NCBI GenBank assembly: GCA_963748625.1 | Contig: CAVVJT010000002.1 | Span: 160,001-224,000 of the forward strand | Length of the DNA: 64,000 nt | Source of the DNA: an uncultured Chloroflexia bacterium | GTDB lineage: Bacteria > Chloroflexota > Limnocylindria > Limnocylindrales > CSP1-4 | Reading direction: 5' to 3' | Part shown: in pieces, positions 45,658 through 54,196 of the stretch | How the letters are laid out: every line of letters starts with the position of its first letter | Numbering within the stretch: the stretch's first letter is position 1 | Translations under genes and position numbers: made by a program | The notes under the pieces: generated by a model | Told to the model about the DNA's origin: nothing | The model's database searches: none | What the model saw: only the letters and a program-made list of their open reading frames with translations

Positions 45658-48600
45658 ATGTCCGACCGCTTCCGGCCGCTCTCGATGGAGCAGCTCACGA
45701 CCTGGGCCTTCACCGAGCTCGAGCGGAAGGGCTCGGTCTTCAGCGTGCCTGTTGCGGCCGCCTTCACGCCGCGCACGGACCACCGCTTCCGGCGCCGCGA
45801 GCTGGGCGTCGACCTGGACACGCCGTGGGGCGTCGCCGCCGGCCCGCACACCCAGATGGCCCAGAACATCGTCGCGGCATGGCTCGCGGGCGCCCGCCTC
45901 ATCGAGCTCAAGACGGTCCAGACCCTCGACGAGCTCGAGGTCAACAAGCCGTGCATCGACGTCGAGGACGAGGGCTACAACGTCGAGTGGAGCCAGGAGC
46001 TGCGCGTCCACCAGTCGTTCGACGAGTACCTGCGCGCCTGGGTGCTCGTCCACGCCCTGCACCGCGCCCTCGGGTTCCCGGGCGAGCGTCCCGGCGTCGT
46101 GTTCAACATGAGCGTTGGCTACAACCTCGAGGGCATCCAGCGGCCCAACGTGCAGTGGTACCTCGACGCCATGGCCGACGCGTCGGCCTGGCTACCGGCG
46201 TACATCGACGTCGTCGCCCGTTTGTTCCCCGGCGTCCGGGACATCGACATCCCGGCCCGCATCTCGGACTCCGTGACGCTCTCGACCATGCACGGCTGCC
46301 CGCCCGACGAGATCGAGCGGATCTCGCAGTACCTCATCGAGGACCGGGGCCTGCACACGACGGTGAAGTGCAACCCGACGCTGCTGGGCGCGGAGCGGGT
46401 CCGCGGGATCGTGAACGATGCGCTCGGCTACCGCGATGTCCCGATCCCCGACGAGGCCTTCGGCCATGACCTCCGCTGGGAGGACGCCGTCCCGATGTTC
46501 ATGCGGCTGCGGGCGGCCGCCGCCGGACGGGGGGTCGCCTTCGGGCTGAAGCTGTCGAACACGCTCGAGGTGCGCAACTGGCGCGGTGCCTTCGACCGCG
46601 ACCCGACGATGTACCTCTCTGGCCGGCCGCTGCATGCGGTGACCGTCAACCTGGCGGCCCGGATCAGCGACGCCTTCGAGGGGTCGATGCCGCTCTCGTT
46701 CGCGGGCGGGGCGGATGCCTTCAACGTGCCGGACCTGCTGGCGAGCGGCCTGCGCACGATCACGGTCTGCTCCGACCTGCTCAAGACCGGCGGCTACCTG
46801 CGCCTGCTCCAGTACCCGCGCGAGGTGGACGCGGCGTTCGACGCGGTCGGTGCGACGGGCATCGATGACTTCGTGCGCCGGCGCGCCGTCGCGGGCGGGC
46901 TCGTCGATCAGTCAGCGGACACCATCGCCTGCACGCGGGCCAACCTGCGCGCCTACGCCTCGCGAGTCACCACCGACCCGCGGTACGCGAAGGCCACCTT
47001 CTCCACGGGCCACTCGAAGACCACGCGCGCACTCGGCGCCTTCGACTGCATCGCCGCGCCGTGCCTGGACGAGTGCCCGGTGGACCAGCAGGTGCCGCGC
47101 TACATGCGGGCCGTGCGCGAGGGCGACCTCGCCGAGGCCGCCCGGATCACCCGCCTCGACAACCCGCTGCCGGCGATCCTGGGCCGGGTCTGCGACCACC
47201 ACTGCGAGCACACCTGCGTCCGGACGCACCTCGACGAGCCGCTCGCGATCCGCCAGGTGAAGCGATTCATCATGGACGCCCAAGCCGACGGCACGGCCCC
47301 CGGGCAGCCGCCCGCACCGGACGCCCCACGGGTCGCGATCGTCGGGGCCGGCCCTGCCGGGCTCGCCGCGGCGGAGTGGCTCACGCGCGCGGGCGCCGCA
47401 GTCACCATCCTCGAGGAGCACCCGTACCCGGGCGGCATGGTCGGCGGGGCGATCCCGGCCTATCGCCTGCCGCAGGCGCAGATCGCGCAGGACATCGCGA
47501 TCCTGGAGCGCCTCGGCGTGGAGTTCCGGTATGGCGTCCGCGTCGGGCGCGACGTGACCGTGGCCGGCCTCCTCGGCGACGGCTTCAGTGCCATCTTCGT
47601 GGCGGTCGGGGCGCAGCAGGGCAAGCGCCTCGGGCTGCCGGGCGAGGATGCCGCGGGCGTGCTCGATGGCGTCGACTTCCTGCGCCTCGTGCGCGAGGGC
47701 CGCCCGCCCGTCGTGGGGCCGCGGGTCGGCGTGGTGGGGGCCGGCGACACCGCCATGGACTGCGCCCGCTCGGCGCGCCGGGCAGGGGCCACGCACGTCC
47801 AGCTCGTCTACCGGCGCACCATCGACGCCATGCCGGCCGACCGCGAGGAGGTCGCGGCGCTCCGCGAGGAAGGCATCGAGGTCGTGGAGCTCGCCCGGCC
47901 AGTCGGCCTGCACGTGGAGGACGAGCGCCTCACCGGGCTCGTCGTGCGCAGGACCGCCTACGACGGGACGCGCGACGCGTCGGGGCGCAAGGTGCCGCGT
48001 GACGTCCCGGACTCGGACACCGAGCTCCCGCTGGACTCCCTGATCCTGGCGATCAGCCAGTCACCGGTGCTCGACCTGTTCGGGGACCTGGCGCCGGAGC
48101 TGACGCAGGCCGGGTTCGTCGGGACCGACCCGGAGTCGCTGGCGACGTCGATCCCGGGGGTCTGGGCGGGCGGTGACGTCGCGGCTCATGGCCCCGCGTC
48201 CATCGTCAAGGCGGCGGCGGACGGCAAGCGGGCGGCCGCATCGATCGCCCGGTACCTGGGGCTGTCGTCCGGGACGGAGCTGCCGGCGGCGGCGGGCTAC
48301 CGCGACACCGGCGATCTCGATGTGAGTGCGCTCACCGTTCGCCGGGCGCAGCGCGCGTACCGCGTCCCGGTTCGCGCCACCGACCTGGCCAGCCGCAGCG
48401 GCTTCGACGAGACCGCCCTCCCCTACACCGCCGACGAGGCGCGACGCGAGGCCGCCCGCTGCCTCGACTGCGACACCTTGTGCAGCCTGTGCGTCGGCGT
48501 CTGCCCGAACCTGGCCCTCCTGACCTACGAGGTGGCGCCGATGCGGGCGGAGGTGCCGGTGCTGACGCAGGGTGATTGGGCGTTCGTGCCGGCAGGGACC

Positions 48601-49245
48601 CGGCCCTTCGCCCTGGCCCAGCGGTTCCAGGTGGCCGTCCTTGCCGACCTGTGCAACGAGTGCGGCACCTGCGTCACGGCTTGCCCGACCGCCGGCCGGC
48701 CGTACACCGACAAGCCGCGCCTGTACGTGGACGCCGCAGACTTCGCCGCAGAGACCGACAACGCGTTCCGGCTCCTCGGCGACTCGGCGATCGAAGGACG
48801 CTTCGGCGGGGCGACCCATCGCCTCGACCGGCGGCCCGGCGAGCCCACCTGCGTCTACTGGGCGCCAGGCATGCGCGCCGTCCTCGACGCGACGACGCTC
48901 GCCGTGCTCGAGGTCGAGGTGACCGGGCCTGCAGAGCAGGGTGAGCGGTCGCTGGAGCCGGCGGCCGTCCTCACCGCGCTCCTCGCCGGGATCTCGGGTT
49001 CCGCGTCACACCTGCCGACTGGGGAGGAGCCCATCGTGGGCGAGACCGGGGCGGCACGCGGATCGCCGCGCCGGTGCTGCCTGCCGGCTGATCGCCAAGC
49101 GGGTGAGCCCGCACACCCGGCGCGCACACGGGGCGGTTACGTCGCTTGTTGCGCGCCCGCTGCGCCACCCGTGCGCTCCGGCAGGGTCGCGACGGCACGA
49201 CCTGCGCACCAGCCGCGCATCGAGCGCGCTGACCGCACGGTGTGA
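45658..49245 (+). CDS. ygfK: YgfK-like flavin/Fe-S oxidoreductase (DHOD-like + glutamate-synthase small-chain-like + ferredoxin)
   Basis: 'MSDRFRP', 'AAGPHTQMAQNI', 'IELKTVQ', 'STMHGCPPDEIE', 'KCNPTLLG', 'KLSNT', 'GAGPAG', 'CNECGTC'; true end may be TGA 49089-49091 (indel). Confidence 0.92.
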   Translation: MSDRFRPLSMEQLTTWAFTELERKGSVFSVPVAAAFTPRTDHRFRRRELGVDLDTPWGVAAGPHTQMAQNIVAAWLAGARLIELKTVQTLDELEVNKPCIDVEDEGYNVEWSQELRVHQSFDEYLRAWVLVHALHRALGFPGERPGVVFNMSVGYNLEGIQRPNVQWYLDAMADASAWLPAYIDVVARLFPGVRDIDIPARISDSVTLSTMHGCPPDEIERISQYLIEDRGLHTTVKCNPTLLGAERVRGIVNDALGYRDVPIPDEAFGHDLRWEDAVPMFMRLRAAAAGRGVAFGLKLSNTLEVRNWRGAFDRDPTMYLSGRPLHAVTVNLAARISDAFEGSMPLSFAGGADAFNVPDLLASGLRTITVCSDLLKTGGYLRLLQYPREVDAAFDAVGATGIDDFVRRRAVAGGLVDQSADTIACTRANLRAYASRVTTDPRYAKATFSTGHSKTTRALGAFDCIAAPCLDECPVDQQVPRYMRAVREGDLAEAARITRLDNPLPAILGRVCDHHCEHTCVRTHLDEPLAIRQVKRFIMDAQADGTAPGQPPAPDAPRVAIVGAGPAGLAAAEWLTRAGAAVTILEEHPYPGGMVGGAIPAYRLPQAQIAQDIAILERLGVEFRYGVRVGRDVTVAGLLGDGFSAIFVAVGAQQGKRLGLPGEDAAGVLDGVDFLRLVREGRPPVVGPRVGVVGAGDTAMDCARSARRAGATHVQLVYRRTIDAMPADREEVAALREEGIEVVELARPVGLHVEDERLTGLVVRRTAYDGTRDASGRKVPRDVPDSDTELPLDSLILAISQSPVLDLFGDLAPELTQAGFVGTDPESLATSIPGVWAGGDVAAHGPASIVKAAADGKRAAASIARYLGLSSGTELPAAAGYRDTGDLDVSALTVRRAQRAYRVPVRATDLASRSGFDETALPYTADEARREAARCLDCDTLCSLCVGVCPNLALLTYEVAPMRAEVPVLTQGDWAFVPAGTRPFALAQRFQVAVLADLCNECGTCVTACPTAGRPYTDKPRLYVDAADFAAETDNAFRLLGDSAIEGRFGGATHRLDRRPGEPTCVYWAPGMRAVLDATTLAVLEVEVTGPAEQGERSLEPAAVLTALLAGISGSASHLPTGEEPIVGETGAARGSPRRCCLPADRQAGEPAHPARTRGGYVACCAPAAPPVRSGRVATARPAHQPRIERADRTV

Positions 49246-49325
49246 CCGGCTGGCGCGCAGCTCGTCACTCGCTGCCTGCGCCGTCCGGCAACGCACGCCC
49301 TGACCGAGCTGACGCCGGCACTCCG

Positions 49326-49826
49326 TCAGTAGGGCGTCCGGCCCTCGAGCCTGATCCACTCCCGGAACAGCTCGGCACCGGCGTCGGCGGCCGCCTGCGT
49401 GATCGGGAGGGAGCGCGCGTCCATCGGCAAGACCAGCTCGCGGTAGAGGAACTCGTCGTCGAAGCCGCCGGCCGCCGCGTCCACGCGCGATGCGGCGAAC
49501 ACGATTCCGTCCAGTCGGGCCCAGTACGCGGCGGCCAGGCACATCGGGCAGGGCTCGCAGCTCGTGTAGAGGATGTGGCCCGAGAGGATGAACGAGCCCA
49601 GCACGGCACACGCGGCCCGGATGGCCGTGATCTCCGCGTGGGCCGTAGGGTCGTTGGTGGAGGTGACCTCGTTGCAACCCTCCGCCACGATCGCCCCGTC
49701 CGTGCTGGCGACCAGCGCGCCGAACGGCCCGCCACGCCGGGCGAGCATGCCGTCACGGCCGATCGCGATGGCCTGCAGCAGCAGCGCTTCGGTGATGTCC
49801 GGGGTCTCGTCGGCGACGGTGCGCAT
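49326..49826 (-). CDS. guaD: Guanine deaminase (CDA fold, B. subtilis GuaD-type)
   Basis: 'GGPFGA', 'NDPTAHAE', 'SCEPCPMC..YWA', 'GFDD..LY', C-terminal Tyr. Confidence 0.88.
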   Translation of the reverse strand: MRTVADETPDITEALLLQAIAIGRDGMLARRGGPFGALVASTDGAIVAEGCNEVTSTNDPTAHAEITAIRAACAVLGSFILSGHILYTSCEPCPMCLAAAYWARLDGIVFAASRVDAAAGGFDDEFLYRELVLPMDARSLPITQAAADAGAELFREWIRLEGRTPY

Positions 49827-50026
49827 GTCCCCCTCCTCGTGCGTGTGAGGTCGGGCCGGGTCGGCCAGCCGGGTCACGATGCACGGCGCCGGCGCGAGGC
49901 GGACAGTGGCAGTCGGCCCCCGATCACCCGCCGGTCGTCACCGGCCCGGGGACCGCGTGCGCCAGCGATCGCCACGGTCGGTCGCTGCCATCGCTCCGGC
50001 GGCCCGTCCCGTCGCCGTTGGCATGC

Positions 50027-51136
50027 TCACGGCGTGGGTCGGAACCTCGGGTGGACACCGGCCATGTACCCGCTGCTCGTGGCGGGTTGCGGGTCGCTCC
50101 CATCGGCTGCGACGGTCGCCATGACCCCGTCGCCACCCGCGACGCTGCCGGTGACGAAGGCGATCCGGCTCCCGTCCGGAGTCCAGTCCGGCTGGACGGC
50201 GTATGCATCCTGGTCCGCGTAGTGCGTGAGGCGCGTCAGGCCGGTCCCGTCGGGCTTGATCGTCCACAGGTCGGCCTCGGCATCGAAGTTGGCGGGGTCC
50301 TCGGGCCGGAAGAAGACGATCCGGCTGCCGTCCGGGCTCCAGTCCGGGTTCGCAGGCCAGTAGGACGGGTCGGTGATGACCTTGGCCTTGGGCTTGGCGG
50401 CAGCCGCGTCGACGATGGCGAGCGCCACGCCGTCCAGGTCGTCGAAGGGGGCGCCCTCGCGGCGGTGGATGTACTCCACGACGAGGTGGCGGCTGTCCGG
50501 CGCCCATCGCGGGGCGCCGAAGAAGCGATCATCGGGCGCCTGCAGGACGACCCGTGTCGTGCGCGTGGCGAGGTCGAACAGCTCCACCGTGGACACCCAT
50601 GTGCCATCGACGAGGGCCTGCCGGTGGAACGCGATCGTCGCCCCGTCGGGCGACCAGGCGGGCTCGTCGGCGACTGAGCAGGCACCGCACACGACGATGT
50701 GCTCCGGGTTGCCGCCGTCGGCGTCGGTGATCCAGAGATCGCGTGCGGCTGCGCCCATGACGCTGAACACGAGCCGGCTGCCGTCAGGCGACCAGTCCGG
50801 GTGGAGCTGCTCGGTGCCCTCGACGGTGTCGGTGGGGAAGAAGAGCCCGCTGCCGTCCGGGCGGACGAGGCGGACGCCGTAGTCGCGTCCTTCACCGTCC
50901 TGGAAGGCGAGCCAGGACTCGCCGGCCCCAACCGTCGGTCGCGGCGTGGCGGTCGGGTCTGGCCGCGTGGTCGCCACCCCGGTGGGGGAGGGCGCCGCGT
51001 TCGCTGTCGGGGCACTGGTGGCCGGCACCGATTCGACCGGCACCGAGCGGACGGGCGCAACCGCGCCAGACGATCCGCATGCGGCCACGATGACCGCAGC
51101 GACGAGGAATGCGGGGACGAGGGACGCGCGGATCAC
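50027..51136 (-). CDS. TolB-like (PD40 repeat) lipoprotein
   Basis: Lipobox 'VAAC', Pro/Thr linker, repeated 'PxWSPDG'. Confidence 0.88.
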   Translation of the reverse strand: MIRASLVPAFLVAAVIVAACGSSGAVAPVRSVPVESVPATSAPTANAAPSPTGVATTRPDPTATPRPTVGAGESWLAFQDGEGRDYGVRLVRPDGSGLFFPTDTVEGTEQLHPDWSPDGSRLVFSVMGAAARDLWITDADGGNPEHIVVCGACSVADEPAWSPDGATIAFHRQALVDGTWVSTVELFDLATRTTRVVLQAPDDRFFGAPRWAPDSRHLVVEYIHRREGAPFDDLDGVALAIVDAAAAKPKAKVITDPSYWPANPDWSPDGSRIVFFRPEDPANFDAEADLWTIKPDGTGLTRLTHYADQDAYAVQPDWTPDGSRIAFVTGSVAGGDGVMATVAADGSDPQPATSSGYMAGVHPRFRPTP

Positions 51137-52530
51137 GGGGACACCTCCGACAACCACTGCAAGCACGGTCCGCCGGTTCCGCTGACCGGGAACGACGATT
51201 CCTCGGGAACGGTGAACAGGCGCACCGGTTCGGATGCGGTCCACGGGTCGTAGACCAGGACCTCGGGCGGTCCGGCGCCCGCAGAGGGTTCGAGGACCGA
51301 CAAGGCACTCCTGTCCGGCGACCACGCGAGGGTCGAGCCCCCGAACCGTCGAACCTCCATCGTCCCGGTCGGCACATCGAGAACCGTCAGGACCGAGCCG
51401 TTGACCACCCCCGCCTTGCGGCCATCGGGTGCCATCGCGAAGGTCGTTGGGGAGTTCGGGCCTGCCAGCGGCGTGCGCTGCCACGTCCCGCCGTCGGTGT
51501 CCACGAACCACAGGCTCCCGTCCGCCCAGACCGCGATGCGCGTGGCGTCAGGGGACCACGCCTGGACCACCAGGTCCGCGGTGTCCGGCACACCCGGCGG
51601 GTGGCTAAGCCACGTGAGCTGACCGGACTCGGTCGAGACCCAACCGACCTGGGTCATGCCGGCGTCGGTGCTCGCGAACGCGACGGCGCTGTTGCCGGGC
51701 GCCCAGGCGACGCCGACGATCGGGTCGACGGGGGTCGGGGTGATGCCGGGAACGTCGGTGAGCGCACGGGACGCGCCCGTGCCGACGTCCAGGACGCTGA
51801 GCCGGTTGCGGGGCGTCCTACCGCCCGTGTCCGGGTAGGTCACCAGCAGGAACGAGCGTCCGTCGGGCGAGAAGTTCCCATCGAACATGGGGTAGCCGTC
51901 GGTGGTCACCGGAATGTCTTGGAGGTCCACGGCGACCTTCAACTGCGCCGGGTGCTCGACATCGTTCCCGGGGACCGTCACGAACGTCACGGTCCCATGG
52001 GTCCAGTCGACGAGCGCCAGCACCCTGTTGTCAGCAGACCAGCGCTCGCCGCCTGCGTAGTTCGTACTGATCGGCTCGGAGACGCCGCCGTCGAAGCCGG
52101 TGAACGTGATGCCCTTGAACCGGATGTCGGCGACGACCGCGTCGGCATTGCCGACGGCGCGGGGGCATCCGCGGACGCGGACCTCGCGCGCGACGGCCCT
52201 GTCACCGTCGATCGTGAGCAGGTGGCTTGGCCCGGTCGGGTACGTCACCAGGATCCGGCCGCCACCCCCGAGCGGTCCGTCCGGGGTGAGCAGCGAGCCC
52301 GCGAGCAGCGCGGAGCCGGCCAGGAGCAGCATGAGCAGCCCGACGGCTGCGGCAAGCAGGAGCGGGCGCGGCACGGTCGGGAGGCGGAGCGCGCGGACTG
52401 GATGACGGCCTCCCGTTGTCGTCACCTCCGCCACGAGCGCCCGGGCATCCAGGCCGATCGGCGCGCCGGCCGCGGCGAACCGGTCGAACGCGTCCTGCAG
52501 GCGGTCCTCGAAGGTCTTGGGGTCACGCAT
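51133..52530 (-). CDS. Putative anti-sigma factor with extracellular beta-propeller
   Basis: 'FEDRLQDAF' N-domain, single TM, WSPD repeats; coupled to the ECF gene. Confidence 0.7.
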   Translation of the reverse strand: MRDPKTFEDRLQDAFDRFAAAGAPIGLDARALVAEVTTTGGRHPVRALRLPTVPRPLLLAAAVGLLMLLLAGSALLAGSLLTPDGPLGGGGRILVTYPTGPSHLLTIDGDRAVAREVRVRGCPRAVGNADAVVADIRFKGITFTGFDGGVSEPISTNYAGGERWSADNRVLALVDWTHGTVTFVTVPGNDVEHPAQLKVAVDLQDIPVTTDGYPMFDGNFSPDGRSFLLVTYPDTGGRTPRNRLSVLDVGTGASRALTDVPGITPTPVDPIVGVAWAPGNSAVAFASTDAGMTQVGWVSTESGQLTWLSHPPGVPDTADLVVQAWSPDATRIAVWADGSLWFVDTDGGTWQRTPLAGPNSPTTFAMAPDGRKAGVVNGSVLTVLDVPTGTMEVRRFGGSTLAWSPDRSALSVLEPSAGAGPPEVLVYDPWTASEPVRLFTVPEESSFPVSGTGGPCLQWLSEVSP

Positions 52531-53068
52531 GGTCGAGCTCCGTTCGGAGACGCTCGATGAGCCGGGAGAGGCGGCTGCGCACGCCCGACGGGGAGAGGCG
52601 GAGCTGGGCGGCGATCTCGACCGAGTCGAGGCCCCCGGCGAACCGGAGCGCCAGCAGCGCCCGATCGTCCGGCTTGAGGCCTGCCAGGGCGCGGGCCAGG
52701 TCCACGTGGCTGATCCGGTCTGCCGGGTCGCCCTCGCCGGACACCTCGAGGCTCGAGCTGATGTCCACCACGACGTGGCGGCGCCCGCGGCGGACGGCCT
52801 GGCGGGCCTCGTTGGCGGCGATCGCGATCAGCCAGGCCCGGACCTGCCCGTGATCGCGCAGCGTCGGCAGCCGGCGCCATGCAACAGCCCACGCAGCCTG
52901 GACGGCATCGCGCGCCACCTCCGCGTCGCCGCAGATCGCGTACGCGACCTTGGCCATCGACGCGTGGTGGCGGACGACGAGCCGCTCGAAGGCAACGGCA
53001 TCACCGCCTGCCGCAAGGCTGACGGTCGGGTCGACTGTCCGTGGATCGGCGATCGTGAGGTCGCTCAT
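52523..53068 (-). CDS. ECF RNA polymerase sigma factor
   Basis: 'GDAVAFERLV', 'DAVQAAW', 'RAWLIAIAAN', 'EIAAQL..VRSRLSR'. Confidence 0.92.
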   Translation of the reverse strand: MSDLTIADPRTVDPTVSLAAGGDAVAFERLVVRHHASMAKVAYAICGDAEVARDAVQAAWAVAWRRLPTLRDHGQVRAWLIAIAANEARQAVRRGRRHVVVDISSSLEVSGEGDPADRISHVDLARALAGLKPDDRALLALRFAGGLDSVEIAAQLRLSPSGVRSRLSRLIERLRTELDHA

Positions 53069-53143
53069 GAGAGGTAGATGTCTGCCGGGGAGCAAGTGTC
53101 CCAGAGCGGTGCAACGGGTCGGCGTTCGCGGGTGGTCCGCGTG

Positions 53144-54074
53144 TCACGCCCGGGCGCGGGCCACCGACTCGGCGAGCCGGGCCACGTCGTCCAGGCCCAG
53201 CGCACCCAGCCACGCCGCCATCCGCTCCGGATCGTGCCCGCCCACACGCCCGGCATCCGGGTCAAACGCGGGCGTCAGCGGCGCCCCGCGCTGGAGCGTG
53301 GCCAGCTCGAGACACCGGAACGCGTCCTCGCGGCCGGCGATGAGGCGGTTGCGGACCCCGGTCGCCTCGACCTCGTCGAGGTGCTCGATAGATGCCCGCG
53401 ACCGAGCCGAACCGCTGGACGAGCTCCGGTGCGACCGACGGCCCGATCCCACGCACGCCCCCGTAGCTGTCCGTGGCATCACCGATGAGCGCCTTCACGT
53501 CCGCCACCTGGGCTGGCGCCACCCGGTACGGGCTGCGGTCAGCCACGCCTGCCGGGTCGAAGCGGTCCACGCCGCCACCGGACTTGGGGGCCAGCACGTG
53601 CACCCGATCGCTCACGATGCCCAGCAGGTCGTGGTCGGCGGTGAGCAGGAGCACCTCGTCGAAGCCCGCATCCACAGCCGCATCGGCGACGCCGGCCATC
53701 GCGTCGTCCGCCTCCCAGCCCTCCGTCCGGTAGCGTGCCCAGCCCATCCGGCCCGCCGCAATGTTGGCATCGCGCAGCTGGGGCCCGAGGTCGTCCGGCG
53801 CGGACGTGGTCCGCGGCTTGTAGGACGGGTCGATCTCGCGGCGCCGGGAGCCTGTCGTGCTCTCGAACGCGAGCGCCACGTGCGTGGCCTGCTCCTCGCG
53901 GATCCGCGCCAGCACCAGGCGCAGGAACGTGGCCACCAGGTACACCGGCCGTCCGTCGGGGGCGGTGACCGGCCGGGAGCGCCCGGCGAAGTAGGCGCGA
54001 TGGGCGAGGTTGGCGAAATCGACGACGAGCAGGCGGCGCATCGACGGCGCCGGCTCGAGCGCGTCGGTGGTCAT
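53144..54074 (-). CDS. Stand-alone 5'-3' exonuclease/flap endonuclease (frameshift near 53390)
   Basis: 'LVVDFANLAHRAY', 'RR..YK', 'EADD', 'TADHDL', 'LIGDATDSYGGVRGIG'. Confidence 0.85.
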
Positions 54075-54196
54075 CGGGTGCCCGGGTGCCGCATCCCGCG
54101 ATGGTAGCGGTCGTCCAGCGACCGGCTGCCCGCGGGGAGGGCCATACTGGTGGCACACGGCGGCGCGACGGATGTCGCCGGGGCGGGCCGGGTGCA

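Noticed and set aside
49830-50020. Riboswitch upstream of guaD (GCCACTG resembles a cobalamin-riboswitch element)
   Set aside because: Other conserved cobalamin or purine riboswitch elements were not found
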